DNA of 64,000 nt from Octopus sinensis (GCF_006345805.1 NC_043015.1:39370001-39434000); one strand, 5' to 3'; positions 38,885 through 52,544 are shown, counted from the first letter of the stretch. Made by a program: numbers and translations. Notes: generated by a model from the sequence alone, not told the origin.

Positions 38885-39465
38885 ACTCAGAGGTTTTGCA
38901 AGCCTTTTTGAATCCATTGCACTGCTGGATACCTCTTCTGTATCGTCAGCAGGGATCTTAGGGTCACAGGTGTATCGCCCCTTGGCCTATACGCTTCACC
39001 TGAGTGGGAAAGCGAGGACTGAGCTATTCTTCACCTAAGGAAGGGTTCCATTTGCAGTCTCTTATCAACCTTAGCCATTTCCTTGATGGCTTTCTTCTGT
39101 TGCCTGGGTTCCAGACCTATCTTCTGCAAGAAATAGCGCACTGACGAAGATGAAAATCAGCGGCAGCGGACTTCATTGAGGAATAAGGCTTCATGCCAGC
39201 CCTTGATAAGAGCCTCATCGACTAAGTCCTGATATTTCGATCTCTTTACCTGGTGGAAAATATCGAATCTGTCTTCCCAGGGTACTGTTTGTTCGACTAC
39301 GATGATTGTTTTTGTATACCTGAAGAGCAGGAACATGTCTGATCGGAGTGATGTTACCGCTGTCTCCTCTGGGAAGACAAGTCTATCCTTCAGGTCCACT
39401 TGCATCTCCCAGCCTGAACCATATGTTTTTCGGTTTAGGTTTCGATTCTGTTGTCCTGTCAAGGT
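38885..39465 (-). mobile_element. R2-superfamily (HERO-like) LINE 3' remnant, RLE domain
   Basis: WEMQVDLKDRLVFP..SLRSDMFL..TIIVVEQTVPWEDR..KRSKYQDLVDEA..GW..EVRCR. Confidence 0.8.
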
Positions 39466-39804
39466 CGATTTAGCCCCTAATCATTAGAAGAGCTATGTCA
39501 TTTCATACATGTTCCAGCTGAGCATAGTTGTGCAACAACAACAACAACACAACAACAACAACAACAACACAACAACAACAACAACTAAATGTTCTTCTGA
39601 ACACTGTTGAGTGGCAGCCTTGATCCATCTTCCGGTTTAACCTCACCACCTAACCCTTGTGTACCTTTAATGGAGAAATCTACGCCCTTACAAGGGCCAG
39701 CTCTGCAGTATAGGACTAACCAGCTCTCTTCCTTTTACCAGTCTCAGCGTACTTTAAAAGGGTCATGAATGTTTCTTCTTCTTTTTCTAGCTAAGCCCTA
39801 AACA

Positions 39805-40156
39805 TTTGTAGTAAAGACTGTTTGCCAACATAACATGGCAGCCCTGGTTTAGGACGAATGTTACTCTAATTTAGCCCCAGGAGACATCGTCTCCAGCTGG
39901 CTATACGACATTATCTGTGTCCTTATATTTTCGAACAAGGGAACGTAGCACCCCCACTCAGCTCAAAACAATATCTGTGTATCATAATTTGTTTTGAGCT
40001 GAATGGGGGATGCTAGATTCCCTTGTTCGAAAATATAATGACACAGATTATGTCGTATAGCCAGCTGGAGACGATGTCTCCTGGGGCTAAATTACAGCAT
40101 CATTAGTCCTAAACCAGGACTGCCATGTTATGTTGGTAAACAATCTTTACTACAAA
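39805..40156. mobile_element. Palindromic foldback element (167-bp arms, 17-bp loop)
   Basis: 39805-39971 is the reverse complement of 39989-40156 at about 90% identity. Confidence 0.85.
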
Positions 40157-40355
40157 TTACTGTTGCTGAATCATCTCTCGTTGTGAGATTTAAAAATAGT
40201 AATTCCCTAAACATTTGTTCTTTAAATCAATTAAGGATCTGCAAGTTACCCCACATGTCTCCAAAGTCGAAATACTCTGAATCTCCCCTATTTTGAATCC
40301 AAAGTAAATGTCGTTCAGAAAGAAACGATATGAGAACTGCTGCTGTTAATAGTGT

Positions 40356-40742
40356 CGTGGCACTCCGTCGGTTGCGACGACGAGGGTTCCAGTCGATCCG
40401 ATCAACGGAACAGTCTTCTCGTGAAATTAACGTGCAAGTGGCTGAGTACTCCACAGACATGCGTACCCTTAACATAGTTCTCGGGGAGATTCAGCACGAC
40501 ACAGAGTGTGACCTAGGCTGGTCCTTTGAAATACAGGTACAATAGAAACAGGAAGAAAGAATGAGGGCAGGTTGGGGGTGAAAGAATACAGCAGGATTCT
40601 CCACCGCTACATCTGCCGGAGCCTCGTGGAACTTTTAGATGTTTTCGCTCAATAAACACCCACAACGCCCGATCAGTAAATCGAAACCGCGATCCTATGA
40701 CCGCGAGTCCGCTGCCCTAACCACTGGGCCATTGCGCCTCTA
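40356..40742 (-). mobile_element. tRNA-derived SINE family C (Deu/Nin-like central domain), full length
   Basis: Head GAGGCGCAATGGCCCAGTGGTTAGGGCAGCGG. 13-bp TSD CTGTTAATAGTGT at 40343-40355 and 40743-40755. Confidence 0.9.
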
Positions 40743-40767
40743 CTGTTAATAGTGTAGATAGATATAC

Positions 40768-41165
40768 TCCTTACTCTTTACTCTTTTACTTGTTTCAGTT
40801 ATTTGACTGCGGCCATGCTGGAGCACCACCTTTAATCGAGCAAATCGACACCAGGACTTATTCTTTGTAAGCCCAGTACTTATTCTATCGGTCTCTTTTG
40901 CCGAACCGCTAAGTTACGGGGACATAAACACACCAGTATCGGTTGTCAAGCAATGCTAGGGGGACAAACACAGACACACAAACACACACGCACATAATAT
41001 ATATATACATATATACGACGGGCTTCTTTCAGTTTCCGTCTACCAAATCCACTCGCAAGGCTTTGGTCGGCCCGAGGCTATAGTAGAAGACACTTGCCTA
41101 AGTTGCCACGCAGTGGGACTGAACCCGGAACCATGTGGTTGGTAAACAAGCTACTTACCACACAG
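40768..41165 (-). mobile_element. SINE family A, full length
   Basis: Head through tail present. Confidence 0.9.
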
Positions 41166-41896
41166 AACTGAAGAAAAGCAAGTTTCAGATAAAATAAACA
41201 GTTTTATAAGAAGCAGTTCAACGAACTAAGATGCTTCCAACTGCTTCTCTTCTGCCATATTTACTGAAGACGCATGTATCGGGTGAAGCTGCCGACGGGA
41301 CGAGAAGTTGTCACGATTTGATTTAGGTCACACTCTTGAGTGATCGCCTCCGTACAGCCTTTGGCAGAATTTTTGCTGCTTTTCGGGTTTTAAAGAAATG
41401 ATGAGAATCGTTCGAGTAATTTATTTTTATAAAGAGAAAACAGGGTCAGACGGAAGATAAAACAAAAAAATGTTTAAAAAAAGACCAAAAAAAAAAGCTG
41501 AAAGAATATTAGAAAAAATGTTCAAAGTTCTAGAAATCAATGCAGTAACTTTTTTCAAGAATAGAATTGTTACATAAACACAATTATATATATATGTACC
41601 CGTATGTATACCCGTATATGGAGTATACAATAGGACAAATAGGTCGTATAGGGGTGGATAGGAGAAATAGAATAAACGGAGGAGAAGGATGATGTGGAGG
41701 AGGATGAGAACGAGGACAAGGAGAAGGAGAGAGCGGAGGAAGGGGAAGAGGATGAAGGAGGAGGAGAGGGAGAGGAGGAGGAGGAGAAGAAGAAGAAGAA
41801 GAAGAAGAAGAAGAAGAGGAAGAAAAAGAAGAAGAAGGTGGAGGTTGAGAATAGGATGAAAGAAGTAGAAAAAAAGAAAAAAGGTGACAAGGATGT

Positions 41897-41929
<33 letters not shown>

Positions 41930-42518
41930 GGAGGAGGAGGAGGAGGAGGAGAGCAGGGGTAATGAATATCTGCTTGCGCGTACCCCACCATCTGTGTACT
42001 GGGACGTTGAGGATGTCAAGTGAATCTGTCGTTAGATGAGGTTTGTGTGAGGTTTTGCTAGTAAGATGCAGCGAAACCTTAGACTCTAATTGTGACAAGG
42101 ACATGCTTTTGCCTGTTAGATAGGTTTAGGGATGTTTTTGTTGACTCGATCCTCTGGGGAAATCAAAGTTGGTAAAATAACATTTATTTTGCAAGCTACT
42201 CATGTCAACTCGATCGCTCTATTTAAACATCTCGCCATTAGTTATGAAATAATTCACGTCTTTAAGAGAAGAACTGGCAGAAGAGATCTATAAGAATAGG
42301 ACGGGAAGGGGCCACACAGAAAATAAACATAGGAAGCGATAAGAAGTAGTTTTAAGAAAACAGATTGGAAGTCAAGATTTCTTCGGTCTCAATAATTGGT
42401 TCTCCTGTCGTAGAGTATCCTGTTCACTTCAGTATTGCGGTGAATGTTTCTGCATCGTGGTTCTGACAAACGATTTCTGGGACTTAAGGGCTTCTTAAGT
42501 TTCTTCGTTTTTGTTTAG

Positions 42519-42590
42519 GTGATCAGTTGACAGTAACAGGAGCGTTGCAGTTTCGTATCCCGCGTTGTCGACAGCCCAGTCTATTTAACT
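42519..42590 (+). CDS. Candidate symmetric phase-1 exon (DQLTVTGALQFRIPRCRQPSLFN)
   Basis: Strong acceptor TTTCTTCGTTTTTGTTTAG|, 72 nt open, donor ACT|GTAAGG. Confidence 0.3.
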
Positions 42591-42761
42591 GTAAGGAGGC
42601 ACCACCCTGTCCTATACTTCCTTTGTGTAACGAAACCGACGGCAGTTAATCACATGGCCCCAAGCGATTCATAAGGATTAGAAGAAACCTAGATTTATAA
42701 TCTGGACGAAATAAATACCTGCAGATTTCTCATCTGTTCAATTTGGACCTTCTCTTTTTCA

Positions 42762-42835
42762 CCGTGGTTCCCAACCCTTTTATTTAAATGAGTTTTCTCA
42801 AGGACCCCTTTTAATATGCTTATCCTTATATACAT

Positions 42836-42873
<38 letters not shown>

Positions 42874-42957
42874 GAAATTTTGAATTTAGTTCACGGACCC
42901 CCAGTTCTAGCTTTGTGAACCACCAGGGGTCCGTGGAACCCTGGTTGGGAAATACTG
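42762..42957. mobile_element. hAT (MER5-like) MITE
   Basis: CCGTGGTTCCCAACC ... GGTTGGGAAATACTG. No clear TSD. Confidence 0.65.
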
Positions 42958-43039
42958 TTAGCCTCTCCTGGACAACCGATTTCAACTACTCTGCATCGTT
43001 TTTCCCCCTCCCCAATCATTATGTCTGGAATGTTGTATT

Positions 43040-45350
43040 TAGAGATTATCCAAGTCTTGACTGAGACATTCTATCAGGTAATCTTTCGAGGTATACGTGG
43101 TTGTGCCAACCACGTCACTGTAACTTCTTATATTTATCTCCTCGGGATTATCCTTTTAATGGATTTCATTATATAGTGTTCTAGCCACGACATTGTTTCT
43201 TATAGGGAGCTAATTATCGTGAGGACATTTTGGGGCCGCTACTTATGATGTGGTTGATCTTTGATTTTCATTCAATAAGATCTTCATAGGTTGTCATGTC
43301 TCGGTGGTTATCAGCATGCTTCTTCCTTTTGTGCATCAGATATTCTGTGATTATTTCCTCCTCCGGTATTTTAAAAGTATATCCTTCAAAGTGAGAGCTA
43401 ATACCCTGGGTGTTAGTCCAGGAAAAGTCTACTCTGGTTATCAATGTTGCTGTCATTTCGAAATCCGGTTGAGAATATCGTCATATATGACTCCCTTCTG
43501 GCATGTTTGTAACCTTACTCCTGATGGCACATTGCGGTAGACTTGTGCAGCTTTTCCGTCTGTATGTCCAAGGTCATCACTCAAGGAATACTTTCTGAGA
43601 AGCCTCTTTCCAACTCCCATGATGTTACTCGCCTCTCAAATAAAGAACTGATCCACTACATTTGATCGTTAGCAGATGTTGCCAAAGGGATTATGATGTA
43701 ACATTCAAAGGTTGTTCTGATCAAAGTTAATCCCTGCTGCTTTGTTTTCGCATTAAATGAACACATTCTACATCATTTTTTGTGTAGAAATGTTTAGTAT
43801 GTTAAGGCGGTGAGCTGGCAGAATTGTTAGCACACCGGGCGAAATGCTTAGCGGTATTTCGTCTGCCGGTATTTCGTTCCGAGTTCAAATTGCGCCGAAG
43901 TCGACTTTGCCTTTCATCCTTTCGGGGTTGATAAATTAAGTACCAGTTACGCACTGGGGTCGATATAATCGACTTAATCCGTTCGTCTGTCCTTGTTTGT
44001 CCTCTCTGTGTTTAGCCCCTTGTGGGTAGTAAAGAAATATGTATTTCGACTGTCGTTACGTTCTGAGTTCAAATTCCGCCGAGGTCGACTTTGCCTTTCA
44101 TCCTTTCGGGGTCGATAAATTAAGTACCATTTGCGCAGTGGGTTCGATCTAATTGATTGGACCCCTCCCCCAAAATTTCGGGCCTTGTGCCTTGAGTAGA
44201 AAAGAAAATTCTAGTACGTGTTAAGGATTTTCGGGTTTTAGCATCAGTAACCTGGTTCTCGTCTGGCGCCCAATCGAGTTGCTCAAATGTTGGTACGAAC
44301 TCTTATGCAATAAATACTTTGTCTGCTATCAATTTATTGTAGGTGGTTAGTCCAAAGGACTTTAGTTTATTTATTCTGGAATTCTTTCCCCCTAGTTATG
44401 CTTTCCTTGTTACAAGTTCCATCACAGAAAACATCTTCGTCCATTCCTATGTACCAGCAACGTTTCCCATTCAATATCGGAGAAATAGCCATGCCATTAA
44501 GAGTAATATTACTAGATGGACCTATAGGTCTTCCTCGTTTCACGAGACCATGAAAGAACGGTTATTGTGGCATTACTCCATCTTGAACCTTTTGAGAATG
44601 CCGTATCTAGGTCAAAGCTTTCCTTCACACCATCCATATCCTTGGCATATATTTTCTAATCATCTACAAAGAAGCACTGTGTTATGTTGACGTTTCTCTA
44701 TTCCTGTGGGCCAATTATATACTCTTTAGATTGCTTTAACAAGAAGGACAGACGAGTTTACTGAAAGTGTGTCATCTTGAACTATACCTCTGCGGTACTG
44801 AGTCCTTGTATCCTTAAAAAAACAAAACAAAGAGAGGTGCAACTTGATTGTTTTTCTGCGCAGTTGTTTTGGTGCACCAAAATCTGGTCATGCTTCACGG
44901 AATAAGCTGCAAGCAATGAGTTATATGATATCAGAGCATGCTCCAAGTGTTATTGGAGTAAAACAGTCGTCAGCAGCAGAAGAGAGTACTCAGTTCACGA
45001 TATAAAGTATATTGCTTATTCAAACTGCCCTTATACTCGCATCAAAGGTTTCATGCATGTGCGATCATCTTGCGAATTATTATTATTATTTTGTTTTTGG
45101 TATTTTTAGCTGGTTTGATTTGAGTAGGTTCAACCATTTGTGGGTAGCGATGACTTTTGACAGAGTGTTTCTTAATGTTCTTTATTAAAATCTTGTCCGT
45201 GGCGGTCATTGCTCCTTATTTCACACTTCGTTGATTCAATCTCTTCGGCCGATTTCGCAATGCTTTTTAATCGATATCGATATCTTTTCCATCATTGTCA
45301 CATCATCTTTACTTTCATCGTCAATTTCAGAAGGAGCGTCACCATGGTAA
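43040..45350 (-). mobile_element. Long decayed R4/Dong-like LINE interrupted by a SINE B composite
   Basis: YRGIVQDDTLSV, ITQCFFVDD*KIYAKD (RT motifs), FEGYTFKIPEEEI, LPIRNNVVARTLYNEI (post-CCHC). Many stops. Confidence 0.75.
43803..44207 (+). mobile_element. SINE family B nested in an older family B copy
   Basis: Junction AAAGAAATAT|GTATTTCGAC at about 44031-44048. Confidence 0.9.
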
Positions 45351-45424
45351 CGATTTTTTGCTAAAACTGTTAATTTTATTTCACAAGAAACTTTTATTCT
45401 GTATTTTATAACACTACAAATGCT

Positions 45425-45577
45425 TTTCCTTGTACTCTCTTACACACACACACACATACATGCACACATACATACATGCATGCATACATACATACATACA
45501 TACATACATACATACATACATACATACATGCATGCATACATACATACATACATACATACATACATACATACATACAT
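45425..45577. repeat. (CATA)n microsatellite
   Basis: Directly visible. Confidence 0.95.
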
Positions 45578-46969
45578 CTTTCATGTTGCTGGAGTGATGT
45601 AACATTCCTTTCCTCCGCGTGCCATAAAGAATAAGTGTGTTGTGTATACTTAATCTTAAAAGTACGTGCTGTTAAACTGTCCACAATAGTTTATCGACTT
45701 CACTTTGTCACCATACAGCAATACCTTAATGAGACGTGCACCATAGAGTGAGTGTAAATTAATGCTTGCACAATTGCGTATGGAATGAATACTTGTCAGA
45801 ACTGCGTTCAACAATTTCGTTAATTTATGTTTGTTTGCTACCTTACTCAGATTGTTAATGTACCTGCAACTGACTTTGTACACAGAATTTTTATTGAAAG
45901 TCTTGCGTCCACATAATCAACCGGGAACTTAACTCCATGTAACCAATTGGGAAATAATGCTGTACACCCCATTTAGTAATGTAACAATAAGACAGATTTT
46001 ATACCGTTGATATTGAGTTTCAACTTTTCGCCGCAACTAAAGTGTTCACCAAAAGAATACATTCAGAAGTATATATATGCAAAAATATTTTTATTTTATA
46101 TTTCTATTTACCAGTGATTAAATTATTAGATTTTAAATATTTAAAAAATTTAGCGCTTAACTTAGTGTCTTTAGTCGTAGCCATAAGCGGTAGCGTGAAA
46201 CATAGATGAAAAATATCAAATTGTTACTCATTGCTTTTAGTCTTGTTAACTTCACATTATTCACACGTCTGTATTTTATAGCTTTACACATAAACACACA
46301 TACATGTATGTGTGTGCGTGTGCGTTCCTCTGTGTGTGCGTGTGTGTGTGTGTGTTTGTGTGTGCGTGTGTGTTTGTGTGTGTGTATGTGTGTGTTGTCG
46401 TGCATGTCTGTCTTCTCCGAGACTTTACAGGATACTGTTTGGCATGTTTAAAAAGGAAAAAAGGTGAATCTTGAATCTGTTTTGCTTCAGTTGTAGTGTT
46501 TGATGTATACACGCACATACACGCACGTGCCTTGATGTGTGAGTGCGCGCACTCGTGTTTCCGTCTTTGCATGGTTATTCACTTGTGCATGCTAGCACAT
46601 GTTTGGACATGTGTATGTATCTCTGCGTGGGCCTCTGCGTGCGTGCATGTGTGTATTTGTATGCGTGTGTATCTGTATGTGTGTGTGTGAGTGTGTGCGT
46701 GCGCGCATCTATGAGTTCAGGGTATTATAACATAAAAAGGGTGGGAATGGGTACAGCATGGTTCGAGAAAGCGCAGACACACATAAAACATGCATACGTA
46801 TATACATACACACACCCACACACACGCACACACACGCACATACATACATGTGTGTGTAAATGCGTGTACACATAGATATGTATGCGTGCCACTATATATA
46901 TTTATATACATATAAGTGTATGTGTACACACATGCACATTTGTGTACACACACACGCTCCCGCACAAAC

Positions 46970-47360
46970 ATACACATGTATGTATGCATAGATGTATGCA
47001 TGTATGCATGTATGTATGTATGTATGTATGCATGTATGTATGTAAGTATGTATGTATGTATGTATGTAAGTATGTATGTATGTATGTATGTATGTATGTA
47101 TGTATGTATGTATGTATGCATGTATGTATGTAAGTATGTATGTATGTATGTATGTATGTATGTATGTATGTATGTATGCATGTATGTATGTAAGTATGTA
47201 TGTATGTGTGTGTATGTATGTTTCTATGTATGTATGTATGCATGTCTATGTATGTATGTATGCATGTATGTATGTATGTATGTATGTATGTATGTATGCG
47301 TGTGTGTATGTATGTATGAAATGTATGTGTGTATGTATGTATGTACGCATGTGTATGCCT
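46970..47360. repeat. (TATG)n microsatellite
   Basis: Directly visible. Confidence 0.95.
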
Positions 47361-47673
47361 GTGTGTATACAGAGTGAGAAAGAAACACATAACGATAGAA
47401 AGGAAGAAATGGCGGTGGGGGGGAGAACGCGTGAGAAGAGAGAGTATGTATGGCTGAGAGTAGATGTATCAGAGTGTGTGAATCTGTGTGTGTGTGTGTG
47501 TAGGAAAGAAAGGAAAAAGAACGAATCAATGAGAGGGAGAAAGAGAGAAAGAAAGAGAAGTAGGGAGAAAGGAGAAGGGGAAAAAGAAGGAAGTTAGGAG
47601 AGAGAGAGAGAGAGAGAGGAAGGGAGGGATGGAGGAAGTGGGGGAGTGTAGAAGCCGTTTGTCAATTTAATCT

Positions 47674-48071
47674 TCACTTAGTATTTCTGCTTTGTTGCAT
47701 CCCTGAAAATGTGATGCGTGTGTTTTGCTGTCCCCCCGCTGTGGTCCGCTGTTGGCGAAGAAGCGATGTAGGGCAAACCCGAAATCTGATCTCTTCTAAA
47801 TGTTGACAAATGGGTGGTGGGGGTGGAGAGAAAAGACTTGATACAGTCGTTGCTCCAAACCTTTTCGACATCTTAACTAACAATGGACCGCGTCCCTGGC
47901 AGAGCCTGTACTTTGATAGACGCATTTTTTCAAACTGAGAGAGAGAGACGGCCTCCACCAACTTGTTCAACTGCTGACTGGTGCAACCAACAGGGTGCAT
48001 ATGCGTAAGGGACAGGTCTACTAGAAATAGCAGCCAAGTCTCCCCGAACTCATATCGCACAGTTTCGGGAG
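47674..48071 (-). CDS. Candidate terminal exon, ~130 open codons in unique sequence
   Basis: Acceptor CATTTTTTTTAG| then PETVRYEFGETWLLFLVDL..QQSRNTK*. No recognised homolog. Confidence 0.2.
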
Positions 48072-48304
48072 CTAAAAAAAATGAAACACTTTAGATAATA
48101 TAGTCCTATACACCCCTAAAAAGAACAGATATCCACAGCTGGGATATTGTTGATGGTAGGCCTGTTCAGTAAGAGTTGGCCCGGGGGTAGAGAATGGCGT
48201 CTACTCAAGACATTTCTGACAGTTAATAATGAATGACTCCGTGTACAACTGGAGTGCAAAAAACGTTGCTTAGCACCATCTTCACACCCACACCCAACAC
48301 ACCA

Positions 48305-48357
<53 letters not shown>

Positions 48358-48789
48358 ACAAATTACTTTGGAAAGAAAGCCTGTCGGATTTTTGTTAACA
48401 TCACTGACGATATCTTTTAAATATTTACAGTAAAACAAGCCTCACTGTTTATAGTCTAATGGGTTTTTTTCTTCTTTATAAGTTACTTTAAACCAAAGTG
48501 GTTACATTTGTATAAATTTTACCGTTTTAAAACGATACTGTTAACGGTAAGAATTCAAAAGGGGCTCTTCACCAATGGAAGCAGCAAGAATTAGTCAGTC
48601 TGTCTATGAAAATAAAGCTTTTAAGTGTCCAGACATGCCAACGATGATAAGGCAAGTTTCACACGGGAAACGTTCCTCTTGCGGATTCCCTTCAATCTGG
48701 ACGACCAAATTCTGTTAATATTCAGGAAACACGAGGAAACAACACCTGTCCGATGGGCTGGAATAGCAGAGTTGCAAAGTAGAAACACA

Positions 48790-49935
48790 ACCACACTCAA
48801 TGTCGTATCGGGATGGACGGGTGCCACTTAGTTCTGAGCCGATGTAAGAGGTTTCTCAACAGCACTTCGTTGATTGTTCGGGGCAGGCGGTGGTTCGGAG
48901 ACGGTAGAGGACTTTCGTTCCAACCCCGACGACCTGCAGAAGAGGCGAGGTTCTATAAAAAGCCGATAATGGCTGCTGAAACACGGGATGCAATGAACTG
49001 TTGCGTAAGGAGCAAATCACTCGATTTGCATGATCTGCTCTACGAATTCTATGAGTTCATGCCAGACTTATTTGGAGACATCTTGATAGATGTTTACCGC
49101 AACTGGCAGCAGATCGGAAGAATTCATAATGCCGTGAGCTGGGGAGTTGTAACGCTGCTAAAAAAGGAAGACGGCAAATGGAACTTGGTAAGTAATTTCC
49201 GGTCCATAGCTGAGCTAAACACAGATTTTGGTCAAGGTGTTAGCGAAGAGGTGGCCTAATCAGGGAAGCGCAAATAGGCATAACTTCGACTAGGTCTATC
49301 CACAACAACCTCCATCTTATGCGATATATCATTGGAAGAGTTAGAAACAAAGATGGCTTCGATGGTGCTCTGATTAATTTGGATCAGTCGGAAACTTGGA
49401 AGCCATCGTTATTTGGAAGCCGCCAGTCGGGTTTGAATCCTCTTTCCGAGGCTGGATCGCTGCAATGCTCAGTGGCACCTGATTGATGGTGAAAGTAATC
49501 AGCTATCGCTCGGAACCATTTCGCATTGCACGCTTGATCCGTCAGGGCTGCGCGCTCTCGCCTCTTCTATATATGTTGGCTCTCGAGCCACTGTTCTGAA
49601 AGTTGGAACAGTTGAGAGGCATCCATTCTGATTTAGAAGTCAGGATAACCGTGTCAGCGTGGAAACGGTCAGCACTATTGGAAAGGAATTCGAGTCGGAG
49701 GCAGGGGCCAAGACCAACACAAGCAAATCGGTGGGTTGACTGCTGGACACATGAGCACCTGGAGAGGCAGGTCCGTGTCGTCGGTCAGCGTAGTGCGACG
49801 CTGGATCGATGAACCGGGTAAAGTACTTAGGGGTCTACTTCGGTCTCGACCTTCATGTGGGCCGGAGCTGGGAACGAAGTGACGTACAGGGTATCCTGTT
49901 TTGTCCAGAAATGGGCTGAGAGGATGTTGTTGAGA
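48790..49935 (+). mobile_element. Tx1/L1-clade LINE RT remnant
   Basis: SKSLDLHDLLYEFY..GVVTLLKK..NFRSIAELNTDF..SIHNNLHLMRYII..ALINLDQS..IRQGCALSPLLYMLALEPL..KYLGVYFG. Frameshifted. Confidence 0.88.
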
Positions 49936-50014
49936 ATTTGAGTCGATATAATTGACTTTCTCACTCCGAAAAATTACTGATCTTGTATCACAATTTTGAA
50001 TGAATTACACACGC

Positions 50015-50600
50015 GGTGAGCTGGGAAGACCGTTGGCACGCCGGACAAAATGCTGCTAAGCATTTCGTCCGTCTTTACGCTCCTAGTTCAAATTCCATCG
50101 AGATCGACTTTGACTTTCGTCCTTTCGGGGTCAATGAAATAAATGAACACCAGGGTCGATGTAATCGAGTACACCCTCCCCACAACATTTCAGGCTTTGT
50201 GCCTTTAGTAGAAAGGATTATAATTCAAGCTGGTAGAAACGTTAGCAAGCTGCTCGAAATTCCTAGCGGTATTTCGTCCGTCGCTACGTTCTGAGTTCAA
50301 ATTCGGCCGAGGTCGACTTTGCCTTTCATCCTTTCGGGGTCGATTAAAGAAGTACCAGTTACGCAATGGGGTCGATATAATCAACTTAATCCGTTTGTCT
50401 GTCCTTGTTTGTCCCCTCTGTGTTTAGCCCCAGGTGGGTAGTAAAGAAATAAGTATTTCGTCGGTCTTTACGTTCTGAATCCAAACTTTGCCTTCCATCC
50501 TTTCCGGTTCGATAAATTAAGTACCAGTTGTATACTGGAGTCGATCTAATTAACTGGCCCCCCTCCCTGAAAATTTCAGGCCTTGAGCCTAGAGTAGAAA
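50015..50600 (+). mobile_element. Cluster of SINE family B copies (old, young nested, old)
   Basis: Heads, cores and both tails. Junction GTAAAGAAATAA|GTATTTCGTCGG at about 50441-50462. Confidence 0.85.
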
Positions 50601-51080
50601 GAATTATATCATTGCTATTATTTATACAAGCGGGGAATATATATCAAGGGAGACAACTTTTAATTATCTCTCCCCCAATTTATGCGAACTTGTGTCATTT
50701 GTGTTGTATAGAAACATGTAATTACTGGGGTTAATTATTGTGACAATTACACGGACAAGATGCGATGGTTTATAGAAATAAAAGGGGACAATGAGGGATG
50801 CGACATTGATGCGCTTCTTGTGACACAAATGGAGTGAAGGATTATGAGGGAAACGGAGAAAGCATTTTATGAGTTCGGCTTTCGGGGAAATCAACTTTTG
50901 TACCGTTTTTAAAAAAAATATTTACTGAGGGAGGAAGGAAGCGGTGTAGGGCAATATGAATGAGCCTTGTTGGGGTGGGGGTGGGTGGATGTGTTCTGTG
51001 ACAGGTGGGAGGGATGGGGGAGGTCAACTTCAAACCTGGGACCTGGTTTAATGGAGACTCGTACTCTTTAGGTACCCGGG

Positions 51081-51249
51081 TTGTATGTGTGTGTGTATGT
51101 ATGTGTGTATGGAAGTATGTATGTATGTGTGTATGTATGTGTGTATGTATGTATGTATGTATGTATGTATGTATGTATGTATGTATGTATGCATGTATGT
51201 TTGTATGTATGTATGTATGTATGTATGTATGTATGTGTGTGTGTATGTA

Positions 51250-51280
<31 letters not shown>

Positions 51281-51590
51281 ATGTATGTATGTATGTATGT
51301 GTGTGTATGTATGTATGTATGGATGTATGTATGTATGTATGTATGTATGTATGTATGTTTGTATGTATGTATGTATGTATGTATGTATGTATGTATGTGT
51401 GTGTGTATGTATGTGTGTGTGTATGTATGTATGTATGTATGTGTGTGTATGTATGTATGTATGTATGTGTGTGTATGTATGTATGTATGTGTGTGTATGT
51501 ATGTATGTATGTATATATGTATGTATGTATATATGTATGTATGTATGTATATATGTATATATGTATGTATACATGTATGTATGTATGTAT
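51081..51590. repeat. (TATG)n/(TG)n microsatellite
   Basis: Directly visible. Confidence 0.95.
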
Positions 51591-51600
51591 CCTCATCGTC

Positions 51601-51990
51601 GTCGTCGTCGTCATCATCATCATCTACATCATCCTTTAATGTCCTCCTTCCATTCTGGCGTGGGTTGCACAGTTTGACAGGGGCTAGCAAACCAGAGGAC
51701 TGCACCAAGCCCCGCCATCTGTTTTGGCATGGTGTCTACACCTTCCTAACACCAAACACTTAAAGAGGTTCAGCAGCAGCAACAGCAGCGAGGTGACCAA
51801 ATAATTCACAAGACCCTCTCATCGGAGGTGTGCAGTAGAATTGAAGAAGGTGGCTTTGTGTCGGGTGATGAGAAGTTGAGGTATGAATGGAGGGACAGAA
51901 ACAGGTGTCTTGCGCAAAAAAGGAGAGATACATGGCTGCCTCAGTGGGAGAGGAGATGGGAAAGATGTGACGGTGGGGGCAGACTCAAGT
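51601..51990 (-). mobile_element. RTE-type 3' tail/UTR remnant
   Basis: (TCA)n tail followed by the same motifs as the 59.3 and 62 kb RTE tails. Confidence 0.55.
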
Positions 51991-52239
51991 TACAAGGAGG
52001 AGGAGGTGTATACAGGTGAGGTGGAAGCAAGGATAGGACAGGGTGAGTTGGTGGGTATGTTTGCAGAGTGGGAGGTGGACAGGAGGGAATGTAGTGGGTG
52101 GACACAAATAGAGGGAAGAGATTCAGTTGGGACACATTGTGTGCAGGTGGGTTTGTGAGGGTGTGAAGGGAGAGTGGGAGACAGAGGGGACGGAAATACA
52201 GCAAGTGGTGAACTTGGGTGGGGAAAGGGAGGAGGTATT

Positions 52240-52470
52240 GGCGGCGAGCTGGCAGAAACGTTAGCGCGCCGGACGAAATGCTTAGCGGTATTTCGTCTGC
52301 CGCCACGTTCTGAATTCAAATTCCGCCGAGGTCGACTTTGCCTTTCATCCTTTCGGGGTCGATAAATTAAGTACCAATTACACACTGGGGTCGATGTAAT
52401 CGACTTAATACCTATGTCTGTCCTTGTTTGTCACCTCTGTGTTTAGCCCCTTGTGGGTAATAAAGAAATA
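52240..52470 (+). mobile_element. SINE family B, full length, 6-bp TSD GGTATT
   Basis: GGTATT|GGCGGCGAGCTGG ... TAAAGAAATA|GGTATT. Confidence 0.92.
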
Positions 52471-52544
52471 GGTATTAGGATGATAGGTTGTGACGAGGGA
52501 GAGATTTGTCAGGGACAGATTGTATGTAGAGGGGCATGGACATG

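Noticed and set aside
45656-45883. 75-aa ORF in a non-repetitive block
   Set aside because: No homology or splice support; the block may be a non-coding element but cannot be judged without alignments.
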